The translations under genes were made by a program, and so were the position numbers. A DNA stretch of 63,760 nucleotides, filler included, from Stramenopiles sp. TOSAG23-2 (taxonomy: Eukaryota): NCBI GenBank assembly GCA_900128395.1. It is 8 parts of 8 records of this genome, joined end to end, with 100 filler letters (N's around TTAATTAATTAA, not from the genome) between each part and the next. Parts side by side here need not be neighbours in the genome. Positions count along the whole stretch, not along the records: positions 1 to 11,740 come from LT649904.1; positions 11,841 to 23,575 come from LT649905.1; 6 more parts are not named here. One strand, given 5' to 3'. How positions within the stretch are numbered: the first letter of the stretch is position 1; each line of letters begins with the position of its first letter. The notes under the pieces were generated by a model that worked only from the letters and a program-made list of their open reading frames with translations, searched no databases and had not been told where the DNA came from. Below are positions 1 through 11,991 of the stretch, piece after piece.

Positions 1-425
1 GGAATAACATTACTAATGGTGTGTAGATGCTAGAAAATTGTAGTGAGTGCTGTGTGATGCTATTTCGTGGCCATTATTTGGCCATTTTCTGCCCCCTATA
101 CGGATTTGAAATGTAACACATCACAATTTTTTTTTGGATCCTTGCTAAGCTTGCCGTAGCCGGGCTTGCTGGGCTTGCTGGGCTTGTGCCCTTCTGCGTT
201 CTGCTGCGGCGTGCCAGGCGTCGTGCTATTTCGTGCCGCCTTTTCTTCTTGGATTCAAAATCACCCTTTTGTAAAGTATAATATACATTAACATGTATAT
301 AAACAATCATCATAGAAGAAAACAAAGGTCACTATTAGAACAGTACAAAAACAAAATTGAATCATACTAATCGTATATTACCATTTATAAACAAGCCAAT
401 CAAAAATACAATACAAAATAAAACA

Positions 426-845
426 ATGAGCTATACAGATACTTTATGTCTTGTCATGGCATGTGTCTACACATTCTTCGGTGTAACCTTAGCAATTTCA
501 ATGCGAGACTTTTGGGGGACAAACTCGCCTGGATTTAGTTATTGGACCGTTTCAGATGACTCTGGTCAATGGTTTGCACGTGCAGCAGGCGTATGGATGA
601 CTTGTGTGTGTAGCAGCCCATATTGGGCAGGCATGCCAAAAGACGCTCTTGTTAAATTGTATTTACCAATAAATATTATTTTTATGGGAATGTTCGTACA
701 AGCCTCCTTCTTTATGGATACGACTGGCCCAGCAGCAAATGCAACACTTCCAATTAATCTTTGGTGGACACAACTTCCAATTGCTGCGTTCTGCCTGTTT
801 GCAAATTTCATGGCACTTGGTGAAGGAAAAGAAAAAGCAAAATAA
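426..845 (+). CDS. Small multi-pass membrane protein of unknown function (139 aa)
   Basis: First ATG at 426 within ORF 357..845; about four hydrophobic segments. Confidence 0.7.
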   Translation: MSYTDTLCLVMACVYTFFGVTLAISMRDFWGTNSPGFSYWTVSDDSGQWFARAAGVWMTCVCSSPYWAGMPKDALVKLYLPINIIFMGMFVQASFFMDTTGPAANATLPINLWWTQLPIAAFCLFANFMALGEGKEKAK

Positions 846-1806
846 AGTTAAATTTGGTTCACAGAATTTTAGCGACAACACTTTGCAAAAAAAGAAGAAA
901 ATATGTGTGTTCCCACGTTTTTTTTTTGACATATTTTACTACTATGATGAAAATATCATGACGTGCAATCATCTCCTTTTTCAAAGAAGATGGCTCCCCA
1001 AGACACAAATACAAAATGATTATTATATATATGTATGTATATCTCTTCTACGATAGATACATACATATCGCGTAACAACAACCATAAAAATTAAAAAAAT
1101 ATAGATATACAGAATTTAAAGAAATATATATATATATTATAATATATATACAGATTAGATATAGATGTACAGAAAAGTGTACGGGTATTGTGAAAGTAAC
1201 AAAATAATATACTATAGTATCGATATCTTAAATATATAAAATTATAACTTATAATAAAGGTTGCAAAGGTTGCAAACTGGCAAAGCGAGATCTTTTTTCT
1301 TTCAAAAGTGGTACACAATTATTATAAAAAACTTATAATAATCTTGTACATCAGTCGGAGGAGATTCTCTCTTATAGTATTCCCTTGCTATAATAAACCT
1401 TAAATATTAAATGTTTTTTAGGCGTAATAGCACTGCGAGGATATGTCATGATGAGCCGCGCCGAGCTGCTTTGCCAGTAAAAAAAAAAAAATTACAAAAC
1501 AAATTCAAAAATTATATTGAAAACTTTCAAATATAAAAATGGTTTTTTAACATAATGTAGAAACATAAATGCAACAGAACAAAAACAAACAAAAAAATAC
1601 AAAGCAAACAATACAAACGACATATCTACACAAAGCTTATTTTTATACCAATATAAGAAAGAATTATCAAAGAAAAATATAATTAAACATTTTTTTTATA
1701 TAACTATATTCTTAAAATTTAAATTATACTTATATATAATATATAATTTCAAAGTTTTTGAATACTTTAATAACACTAAAAAGAAATATTAAATAATAAT
1801 ATTATC

Positions 1807-4092
1807 ATGTCAGAAGCACCTCGACGTGGCGCATGGGAAACAGCTGGTAAAATGCAACCAGGTGGTAATGCGGGAAATATGAATATATTCACACCAGGTA
1901 ATGATGGGCAAGGATTAACAGATCCAAGTGCACCTGTATTAATGCAACCGGAAGCTGAACGTTTAATTGAAACTCTTCAACCTATGTCTTTAAGAGAAGT
2001 TGGAACTGAGAAATGGATGAAACAGCATGAAGTTATTGAAAAATTAAATTTACAAGCGCATCAATCCGCGCGTACAAATAGCGAAGATTTCGTGTTAGAG
2101 GCATTAATTACGTTTGAAAAATTACCAGTATTGGTACATGAATTAATTGTTATTGAAACATGGAGAGAATTTGTATATCCAAAAATATACAAAGATTTAG
2201 CAAAATCACATAGTATGAGAGCATATTTTGTCCTATACCACGAAGCTACCCTTGCAAATTTATTGGAAGTATTGTTATATTATGATTACTCAGTGGAAGC
2301 GATGGAAGATTCAATAATTGAATTAGTAGATTGGACGATTCGACGTTTAGTGTATTTAAATGCATTGCCAGATGATCATGCAGAGAAATGGGCTCGTTTA
2401 CCAAAGGAAAGGCCACAATTAACTGGAGATGTGGAAAAAGATAAAGAAATCAAAATGAAAGCTGCAAAAGCAGCAGCAGCTGAATTAAACAACAAAACTC
2501 CTGAAGATGATTTGTATTGTCATTATTTAACTATACAATTTCGCGCGTGTTGCTCCGCAGCAACCATTGCGCGTTATTTAACGCAACACACGGAAAAATT
2601 ATCATTAAATGTTTTGTCCAGAATGCTAGATACGCATGATATTTTAATGTTATTATGCCCATTAGTAGAAACACCACCATGGACATGGAGAAATCGTGAC
2701 ACTGCACAATGGATGAAATTTGAAAATCAAAAATGGAAAGCTGTTAAACCTATTAATTTATTAAAATTGACAAAGCTAGAAGGACAAATATGGCTTGCAA
2801 TATATAATATTTTAACAGATAAAACATGTGGGGAAAGGTACTATTTCAGCTCCCAACGTAAAGATAATTTATTACGTGCTAGGAAATATTTAAATGATGT
2901 ATTGTTAGATCAATTACCAATGTTGGCAGATATACAACGATTTATGGATGAAATTACCATCATGAAACCACCAGAAGCAAGTGCAAAAAATATGGGTGGA
3001 TTGATCATGGAACAAGTACCTGTTGTTCGAGATGGTATGGTACAGCGCTGTAATTGGGTGGAAGAAGCAAGTTTTTCGCTACAAGAAGTTTTTGGAAAGA
3101 CGGATGATCGTTCCGATAAAGGATTACAAGCATTAGCGGATTTATATTCAGGCGATGCGCTGGAAAGTTTAGTAGCCGAGCAAGAAATAACACCAGAGGA
3201 AAGACGTGGTAGTTTAATCAGTGGACAAATCAAATTATATGCTCCAAGGAGAGAATATGAAGATCCTATTTCAAAATTTAATTTAAAAGTTGTTGCTGGG
3301 AAGCCAACTCCACAAAGTACATCCCAAGGTATGTTTGAACGTTATAGATTGGAAGTTGTTGGGACGACGTTAGGCGCATTTGTGCCATATTTAGGTACGA
3401 TGAAAATGATATTAACATTTCAAGATGGTACAACTATGGATGTTGAGACGGAATTACCGATGGAAATACCATCAACTGTTGTTGAAAAATACGATTCGTA
3501 CAAACCAACGGAAATGATTGACGTGGTAGTACCAGAAGATGCAAAGAAATTGCCAGGGAAAGCATGGCAGAAAATTGGATCTGTAGATGAACGTGCTATT
3601 ATCCAAGTACAATTAGTCCGCGCAAAGCATGGGAGAAAAGAAAATGTTACCGTAGTAGATGATGGTACTGTACATTTGCATTGTTACAATTTAGGTATTA
3701 TATTTGTTTCTGTACCGATGATTGGAAAAAGAGCAAGGGAACAATTGGAGCAACAATTGCAAAGTGCAAATGAGGCAAGATTAATGAAAGAGGAAATGTC
3801 AGAGAATACAGAAAAAGCAATTAAGAAAAAGACAAAGAAACGTAGGGAAGATGACAATACAGTTGAAAAATTTAGAGATCGTATGAAGAAAAACAAGGAC
3901 AATAATACAAGTAATAATGAAAATAATAGTAACAATAACAAGATAACCATGGTAGATGAGAAGAAAGATTCGCCAACAAAAACAACAACGGCTACGACTA
4001 CGGAAGAAAATGTTGAAGTAGAAGAACAAACAACAATGTCAAAATCTATGGATGAAATGATCGAAGAGACGGAATTTGATGAGTTGGATTAA
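1807..4092 (+). CDS. ZMYND10: ZMYND10/BLU-like axonemal dynein assembly factor, with no visible MYND finger
   Basis: Conserved blocks EAERLIETL, WMKQHEVIEKLNLQAH, KLPVLVHELIVIETWRE, YFVLYHEATLANLLEVLLY, PPW, KLTKLEGQIWLAIYNIL and LLDQLPMLADIQRF. Confidence 0.85.
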   Translation: MSEAPRRGAWETAGKMQPGGNAGNMNIFTPGNDGQGLTDPSAPVLMQPEAERLIETLQPMSLREVGTEKWMKQHEVIEKLNLQAHQSARTNSEDFVLEALITFEKLPVLVHELIVIETWREFVYPKIYKDLAKSHSMRAYFVLYHEATLANLLEVLLYYDYSVEAMEDSIIELVDWTIRRLVYLNALPDDHAEKWARLPKERPQLTGDVEKDKEIKMKAAKAAAAELNNKTPEDDLYCHYLTIQFRACCSAATIARYLTQHTEKLSLNVLSRMLDTHDILMLLCPLVETPPWTWRNRDTAQWMKFENQKWKAVKPINLLKLTKLEGQIWLAIYNILTDKTCGERYYFSSQRKDNLLRARKYLNDVLLDQLPMLADIQRFMDEITIMKPPEASAKNMGGLIMEQVPVVRDGMVQRCNWVEEASFSLQEVFGKTDDRSDKGLQALADLYSGDALESLVAEQEITPEERRGSLISGQIKLYAPRREYEDPISKFNLKVVAGKPTPQSTSQGMFERYRLEVVGTTLGAFVPYLGTMKMILTFQDGTTMDVETELPMEIPSTVVEKYDSYKPTEMIDVVVPEDAKKLPGKAWQKIGSVDERAIIQVQLVRAKHGRKENVTVVDDGTVHLHCYNLGIIFVSVPMIGKRAREQLEQQLQSANEARLMKEEMSENTEKAIKKKTKKRREDDNTVEKFRDRMKKNKDNNTSNNENNSNNNKITMVDEKKDSPTKTTTATTTEENVEVEEQTTMSKSMDEMIEETEFDELD

Positions 4093-4106
4093 AAATTTTT
4101 ATATAT

Positions 4107-4299
4107 TAAAAACCGCAGTACTAACCTTGGTCATTTAAGGACTGACCCCGCCTAACTCCCCATCCTATTTACCTGCTAATGTACATTAGCAGGCAAATAC
4201 AATTAGAGTTAGGTAAATGCTGTGTTAATGGTAACGTGTTACCAGCACCACAACATATAGTAAGTCCTTAAATGACCAAGGTTAGTACTGCGGTTTTTA
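4107..4299. mobile_element. MITE-like element with 37-bp perfect terminal inverted repeats
   Basis: 4107-4143 (TAAAAACCGCAGTACTAACCTTGGTCATTTAAGGACT) is the exact reverse complement of 4263-4299; internal 34-bp palindrome at 4166-4199; non-coding. Confidence 0.75.
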
Positions 4300-4830
4300 T
4301 TAATATTTAGGATTCTCGGATTCATTAGCAGGTAAATACAATTACCCATTTTACCGTTTTTGAATAATTGGTCATTTTTCGGACAAAATAAAGCTCTCTA
4401 ACCCTAAAAAACCCCTATAACTTTGCCCTTTCACCTTTCACGGCGTGGCCAAAACATTCAAATTTAGACATAGGAGTTTTGGTGTACTTGCACTGGAAAA
4501 CTAGTAGTCTTTTATGTTTTTTCATTTATTTTCAATACTATCCCATGCTAATTCATTTAAATTATGCCATTATATTTTCACGGTCCCTTGAATTTTGCTC
4601 TTGTAAAATGTCACGCTAAGCTGATATTGCGGCTATTTAAAAAGGACACCCTTTATAAGTACCAAGTTGGGGCAGTTTTACGGCCTATCTCCATGCTAAT
4701 TTTAAAAAAAAAAGTCAAAATGTCAGGTCCTGTGGTGTATACCTGCTATTTTGATAGGTCTCCGTTTATAAACTTACAGCCCACTTGAGTGTAAGACATG
4801 AGCTGACAAAAAATTGAAATGCAATTTTTA

Positions 4831-5559
4831 CTACATCTCATGGAAGTTAGGTACTCTATACTCTTTTAATATGCAATAATATATCCATATAATATATGCA
4901 TATATAACTATCCAAGCAGTCCATTTACATTCTAGTAAAATGAGCAATTTAATGTATAATATAATTGTAACTGCTGATGGTATGTATGTATGTCTAACTG
5001 CTGATGGTATGGACCAAAGCTTCTTGTCTATTATTGATAATTTTGATTTAAAATTTTTCCACATCTCATGGTTTTTCAATTTTTCTAATAATTCTTGAAC
5101 TTCCTGTTTTTCTCTTGCATAACTTGGATATTTATTGAAAAGCATGTAACATATTGTTGGAAAGCAAATCAAGAAAAAATAAAAAAGAAAACTAAGAGCT
5201 GAGGTCGATTTGGATTCAGTCCAAACAGCAACTTGTTTACTTTGTTCTTCTTTTTTTTTCTTTTCTTCTTTTTTTCGTCTCTTTTCCGCTTTAAGCTCCT
5301 GCTCTTTCTCATTCTTTTCTTCTTTTTTTCGTCTCTTTTCCAATTTCACCTCCTGCTCTATTTTCTTCTTTTTTTCTTCTTTCTTCTTCTCTTCTATATA
5401 TGCATTTATAATTTTTTTCTTCTCTTCTTCTCGTATTCTTTTCTTTTCTTCTTCTTTTTTTTTCGTTTCCTCTGCTAAAATATTTTCAACCATCTTTTTT
5501 CTTTCTTCTTCAATTTCTAATATATGTTCCATGCCATCAGCATCATAAACGCTACGCAT
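4831..5559 (-). CDS. Lys/Glu-rich coiled-coil protein with C-terminal transmembrane helices
   Basis: First ATG at 5559 in ORF 4831..5634; K/E-rich tract followed by about three hydrophobic segments. Confidence 0.5.
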   Translation of the reverse strand: MRSVYDADGMEHILEIEEERKKMVENILAEETKKKEEEKKRIREEEKKKIINAYIEEKKKEEKKKKIEQEVKLEKRRKKEEKNEKEQELKAEKRRKKEEKKKKEEQSKQVAVWTESKSTSALSFLFYFFLICFPTICYMLFNKYPSYAREKQEVQELLEKLKNHEMWKNFKSKLSIIDKKLWSIPSAVRHTYIPSAVTIILYIKLLILLECKWTAWIVIYAYIIWIYYCILKEYRVPNFHEM

Positions 5560-5940
5560 GAATTCATGCAATGAAACGTAGAAAAAATATTGATGTTTGT
5601 AAGATTGAGTTTTAAAAAAAAGGTTTTTGTACACCGTACGATTATAAAGTTATGTGCTTCTTGAGTTTTCTTTTTGGTATGATATATTATAATTTTATTT
5701 TAATATATATTCAAAGATTTTTACACGTATTTTGTCAGCAGTTATACGACGTACAAAACTAGTCTGCGTCGTCAGACTCTTTCGGTAATCAGTAATTATA
5801 CCTTAGATTTTAACCATCATAAATACGAGTTCGTATATATTAAATATTATATATTTTACAGTATTTAATAATATTATTACGCGTTCAGTATTTTATTTTT
5901 TTGTACACATATTTTTTTTACCGGCCGCGTAGAATTTTTT

Positions 5941-6984
5941 TTACACTCTTTTCTTGTTTACGTCTGCATAATTATTACGTGTGGTATCATTTTCCCCCAG
6001 CACTGATGCAGTATAAAAGAAACGATATAAAATAGCAGTACTACTCCAACTACAACCAAAAAAATAACAAAAGAAAAATGGTAAACGTTTTAACCATAAT
6101 GGCGAATTTGGCATACTAACGCATTCCCACATCGAAGGAACTTCAGTAGATGTGGAACTTCTTTCCCAATTTAATAAAAAATGGGGTATTTCGAATCCTA
6201 AATTAAAAAATAATAATGCCAATGCACCACATATCAATGTTGCATGCGATATATTATCTCCCCATCTTTTAGACAAATGTAACAATTCAGCTCCATCCCA
6301 CGTCCAACAAAATGCTATTATGACCCAACAACAATATTCCAAACAGAAGAATTGTGCATTTCCCATTAAAACTCCAGTCCATGAAAAGCATTCTGCTAAC
6401 ACTGCTGGCATATACATTATGAATTTATTTTTAGCAAAAACTTGATTTTTTAATTTTAATCTTACAGCAGCACCATCAATATATGATGTAATTTGAACTA
6501 CAAATGCTAATTCACCGACCGTCGCAATTGTTCTACCACTGACAGGGGCATTAAAAATGGATGACGGTCCTCTACATGCAGCAGCGCCTTCACTTGCAAT
6601 AAAAAATGCACGATATACACATGATGCAATGATTAGTATGGAACTTGTTGTCATTATCAATGCTCTTCTTCCAAATTTTTGTCTTTTTTCATCTTGTGGT
6701 AAACATTTTTCTTCAACTTTTGTTACAAAATATCGAATACTTAACAACGATGATACAAGCAAAGATAATAATGCACCGTAAGGAATTAAATAATCCATTA
6801 ATATATTTAATTGTAATACTTTTTTATTAGTCCATGTATCCCATGCATATACAGACGATAAAGCAAAAATTAACCCTGATATACATGGAAATAAAAATTT
6901 TACGTTTAAAATGCTATGAAATTGACTGGCAATTGTGCCTGGTAATGGATGATATTTCTTGGAATTATTATTTTTGATGGACAT
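5941..6984 (-). CDS. Polytopic membrane protein of unknown function
   Basis: ATG at 6984 (MSIKNNN); 8-9 hydrophobic segments. Confidence 0.7.
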   Translation of the reverse strand: MSIKNNNSKKYHPLPGTIASQFHSILNVKFLFPCISGLIFALSSVYAWDTWTNKKVLQLNILMDYLIPYGALLSLLVSSLLSIRYFVTKVEEKCLPQDEKRQKFGRRALIMTTSSILIIASCVYRAFFIASEGAAACRGPSSIFNAPVSGRTIATVGELAFVVQITSYIDGAAVRLKLKNQVFAKNKFIMYMPAVLAECFSWTGVLMGNAQFFCLEYCCWVIIAFCWTWDGAELLHLSKRWGDNISHATLICGALALLFFNLGFEIPHFLLNWERSSTSTEVPSMWECVSMPNSPLWLKRLPFFFCYFFGCSWSSTAILYRFFYTASVLGENDTTRNNYADVNKKRV

Positions 6985-7709
6985 ACTTAATTTTGTAGTG
7001 TGTGTGTGTGTGTATTTAGATATTGTTCTTTCAAATATTATATCTTGTTGTATTATTTCTTTCAATGTTTTCTATTAGGATTTTTTCTTAATTTGATCTT
7101 CTGCTGTTTCTTTCGATGTTGACAAACAACTTTCTGAAATTATTAATATTATGATATACGCGTTTTTTTAGATGATTGGATATGCACACAATGCACAACA
7201 ATGCACAACAAAACAAGTATACGAATTATTATAGATGATTGCACCTATATTAATATCAAAATCTAAAAATTATTAAAAAACACAAAAGGACCTCCAAAAA
7301 ATGAATTAGAATATTATAATAACACCTGCTGTCGTCTGCTGTCGTCTGGCTGTGCACTGTGTGCAGTAGCTCTTTTAAGTAGTTGAACCATTTGAGAGGG
7401 AATTCTCATTAAAAAGGCCAACACGAACCTATATCTATAGCAGGTAAATACACTTGAAAAAAAAAAACACATCAACATATCTTCGTTTGCATTCATTCAT
7501 TATTATTATACAAACTAAAAAATATAAATATAGAATAATGAATATACACTATACTAATGTAGTCCACGAGAAAAACAAAATTGTATAAGAAAAAACAAAC
7601 AAACAAAAGGGATAGTGAAAACGAACATTAAAGAACATACGAATCAACAAACACATATATATAAAACAAACAAACAAACGAAACTGTAACATTAGTTATA
7701 AGAGTAATA

Positions 7710-8276
7710 ATGGCACAACGTTATGAAATGTCAACGAATGCAGGGGGCAAGTTCTGGGAAGTAACAAATACAGGTTCAACATTATTAATTTCATATGGTG
7801 GAATAAATCGCGGAGCTCCAAGAAACTTGGAAAAGAAATACGATAGCGAAGAGAAGACTGCAAAAGAAATGGCAAAAATTATCAAACAAAAAATTGGAAA
7901 AGGTTATGCACTTGTTAGTGATAGCAGTAGTAGTAGTAGTAGCGGTAGTTCATCTAAACGTAAAATGACAACATCATCTGTATCAAAAAAAAAGAAAAAA
8001 CAAAAAAAATCGTCAAATAATAATAATTCCGAAAACCCCTTTTCAGAACATGTTTATATTTTAACTGGAACATTAAGTGTTTCACGTGCAAATATGGAAA
8101 ATGAAATTCGTGCAAATGGTGCAAAAACAGGGCCAGTCACACGAGCAACGCATTTATTACTTGGTACAAATGGAGAAGGTACAAGTAAATATGATAAAGC
8201 AGTTGAACGTGGTATACAAATTGTTGATGAAAAATATGTACGTAATTTTTTTACCGAAAATTCAAATAATAACAAC

Positions 8277-8309
<33 letters not shown>

Positions 8310-9116
8310 GGTGGCTGGGTTGCTCCTTTGCTTGCTAAAAAATATGAAGAAAAAAAAGATCCGAAAGGATGGTTAATGTCAGAAAAATTCGATGGACTTC
8401 GTGCAATTTGGGATGGGAAATTATTACATTCGAGAACAGGGAAACTTGAATTTGATGCTCCAACCTGGTTTACAGATGAATTACCTGCTAATTTTTATCT
8501 TGACGGTGAGCTATGGGCTGGAAAAGGAAAATTTGATGAAACTAATGGCATCGTCCGTCGTACAGGAAAAGCAAATCATGAACAATGGAAAAAATTAGGT
8601 TTGAGATATATGGTTTACGATGCCCCAGATCCAAGTTTAAAGGATGCAAAATTTGAAGATCGTATCTCAAAAATTAATGAATTGCTTTCAAAAAGTGATC
8701 CAAATATTGTTCATGCAGTTAAACATACAGTTTGTAAAGGCAAAGAAGATTTAATGAAAAAGCTTGACGCGATGGTAAAAAAAGGTGGAGAGGGTATTAT
8801 GATAAGAGAACCAGGCTCAAAATATGCTCATAAAAGATCTAGTACACTTTTAAAACTTAAAAAATTTCATGATGCTGAAGCAGAGATCATTGGCTATAAT
8901 GACGGAACAGGAAAATATTCTGGTATAGTAGGATCACTTCTTTGTCGAATGGATAAGACAAGTGGCAAAACATTTAAATGTGGTTCTGGTTTAACAGATG
9001 ATGACAGAAAAAATCCTCCGCCAATTGGATCTTTGATTACATATCGTTACCAAGAAACAACAAAAGATGGTGTTCCAAGATTTCCCACGTACGTACGTGT
9101 CCGTGAAAAAGAATAA
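7710..9116 (+). CDS. WGR-BRCT-fused ATP-dependent DNA ligase (minimal adenylation + OB core)
   Basis: WGR-like KFWEV...YG...KIGKGY; BRCT-like ILTGTL..SR...I...GA....VT..THLLLG.....SKY.KA...GI.IV.E; ligase motifs EKFDGLRA, LDGELW, YMVYD, EGIMIR and LLKLK; OB-fold end GVPRFP. Confidence 0.9.
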
Positions 9117-9688
9117 ATATGATTTTTCATATTTGTATGTGTCTTTATATATGTGCCATATATTTGATTATATTAAATTTTATATATGATATATTATATA
9201 TATATATATATATTGAGATATGGTACAATGTAAAAATTGAAAAAGGTTTTCCATACTAATATCTGTATAATTTTTTGAAAAAGTAAATGATGTACCAAAA
9301 ATTAAAAAGGAGACCAATATATTGCTTCGCGAGAGCTAAAGGCAACTAAATATTTAGTATGTGCTATACATTATAAAAAGAAAGAAGAGGCTTAATTTCT
9401 AAAATTTGGATTTATTTCTTTAATTTTGTCTTTCCTTTTACTTGAGATAATATTAAGTATAATTAATGCATAACTTATTTTTTAAATTTTACTCGTGATA
9501 ATTCCTACTCTCCAGAAAAGAAGACAATAACTGAGACAAATCTATCCCACTAAACTGAAAGATGGACAATGAATCGTAACAACTCGGTGTACTCGTATTA
9601 ATTACGAGTATAATAAAATATTTTATAGAGAGATATATTTTTTTTGTTTTTTTAAAAAGATTAATAAATAAATACTACGTGTATTTGT

Positions 9689-11412
9689 TTAGATACTCGC
9701 ATCTGCATCACGCTCTTTTTTCATATTCTCTTGGTTTTTAGTTTGAAGTTCCACACCGCCTGCTTTACTAACAGTACCACCACCAGCTTTATAACCACCA
9801 CCAGGTGGACCTTGACTAACAACGCGTTTATATCCAACGAATTTCAATAATACTAATGCTTCTAAAAATGAAGCTATTCCACCTAAAATAAATGCTAAAT
9901 GGCCAAATGTTCCATCTATGGTGTTGGAGTACAAAGGATAAACGGTGTCGTCTAATGTTAGAAAGATTTTCTAAATATAGTATATATATGAGGAATAAAG
10001 AGTTTGAACTTACATTTATGTTTTATCGCTAATACATCCGACATAAACAAAGGCCCTGCAACAATTGGTGCAATCGCTTTACCAACTGTTCCACCAGCAT
10101 TTAATAAACCTGTTGCTAAACCACGAATTTGTGGTGGGCAACTACGACCTAACAAAGTGCTTAAAATTGCCATTTGAAAACTATTACTAAATGATATAAA
10201 TATCATGAAATAAACATAATGAAGCCAATCAATATCAATAAATGTCCAACCGGCTTGACCAATACAGCCCATCAATGAACTAATAATTATCACCTTTTCT
10301 GGTCCTAACCATTTGACGCTTTGTTTTACTGAAACTGCCTGGTTAAAAATACCCCATACGCCAGCAATTGTTAAAAAGATCGCAACAGCGGTTGTCCCAG
10401 TATTGAATAGTGCCATCCATACCATTGCAAACATTGCAGTCATTTGAGAAAAGCTAAACCAATGCAAGAAATAGCAAAAACACAGTGCGTAGATGACGGT
10501 TGGTAATTTGGGTTTTTCCGGTTTGTTTCCATTCTGTGTATTCTTTGCTGCTGCTGCTGCCGCCGCCGCCGCTACTAAACGACCTTCTTCGGTATCATGC
10601 TTTGCTGCTTTTAACTTAATTTCCTCTATTATAATCGCAACTGGAACTTTTCTTTTGATTGCTTCAATGGCTGGATCTTGCGCACCACATATACCACCAT
10701 TTTTACTAGTTTCTTTCACGTTAAACCAAGCAACGCATTGTACAATCATTGCTACTACCGTCGGTGCAAAAAAGGCCGCACGTTTAGTTAAAATTGCAGC
10801 AACAAGCCCACCTAATGCTGGCCCAAACACAAATGCTACACCAATCATTGCGCCAGCAATTCCAAAATACTTTGGCCGTTCGCGGGGCGATACCGTATCC
10901 AATATCATAGCAGATACAACTGGTTGTGTCCCACCAAATAAACCAGACCATAGTCTTGCTAAATATAAATGTGTTAAATTTGGTGCTAATCCACACCATC
11001 CATATCCTAACGAACTTCCAAAAAGTGACACCATAACACAAACTTTTCGACCATATTTATCAGATAGTTTACCAAAAATAACACCCCCAAAGAATTGCCC
11101 AACCGCAAAGATGGATTGTAATAGACCGTAATCAACTGCAGTTCCACACTCAGGTATTCTTCCGCATCTATTATACGTTCCGTTTACAAAAGGTCCTGGC
11201 TCAGGACATGCTTTGGGACACTTTGGATCATTTGTTATCCAACCTAACTCCATGGTAAAGAAAGGTAATATCGGAATCGCGACGCCAAAACCTAAAAAAT
11301 CAACAAAGGAACATAAATATGCAGGCCATAAAACACTCCATGGACTTGGCACTTTTCCATTCTTTTTCTCATCACCGGTTGGTGGTTGAGGTTTGTCAGC
11401 TACGTTGGCCAT
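9689..11412 (-). CDS. MFS transporter (TetA/DHA1-like), two exons
   Basis: Motif A GKLSDKYGRK and antiporter motif C FVFGPALGG. GTAAGT donor at 10013; an acceptor at 9952 (or 9916) splices in frame into ORF 9689..9934, which supplies the last TM helix. Confidence 0.85.
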
Positions 11413-11740
11413 ATTTGCACGCAACTGTGTTTAATTTTGTAATAATATAAATTTATTAAAATTATGTAAAAAAAAAAAATATTACTTTTTTTTAAACTTA
11501 TATGGTATGGGGTTCTCTTCTTTTCTAAATAACTTTAATATTTTCAATGCTTGTAAAGATACTGTTGTTGATGATGATTCGCTATATATATATACATTTT
11601 CATATTTGTAAAAACGTTTTTAATCTGTTTTTTCTTTATTTCATTTAAATTTGAACATTGAAGGTTGGACACGCACACACCGTAATCCTTGTAAATAAGA
11701 CGGATGAAACTCTCCTAAAAACAGGCGTGGTCTAATTAGT

Positions 11741-11840
11741 NNNNNNNNNNNNNNNNNNNNNNNNNNNNNNNNNNNNNNNNNNNNTTAATTAATTAANNNN
11801 NNNNNNNNNNNNNNNNNNNNNNNNNNNNNNNNNNNNNNNN
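11741..11840. other. Artificial contig spacer
   Basis: N44-TTAATTAATTAA-N44 linker. Confidence 0.98.
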
Positions 11841-11991
11841 GATGATTCCTATCGGTAAAATGATGTGTGTGTGATGTTGATCCTCTCTCTCTGTTCGTGT
11901 GTGTGTGTGTGAGAAATCAATTTTATATATATAAAAGAAGATTTAAAATTTTAATATTAATTAATTAATTACCGATTCTTCACGTACATAT

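Noticed and set aside
141-240. GGGCTTGCT triplet repeat and GC-rich patch with ORF 74..325
   Set aside because: Too short to assign; the ORF has no protein-like features and may be only promoter sequence
5210-5548. Phe/Ser-rich ORFs here and many other short overlapping ORFs in the track
   Set aside because: Antisense or alternate-frame shadows of low-complexity real genes
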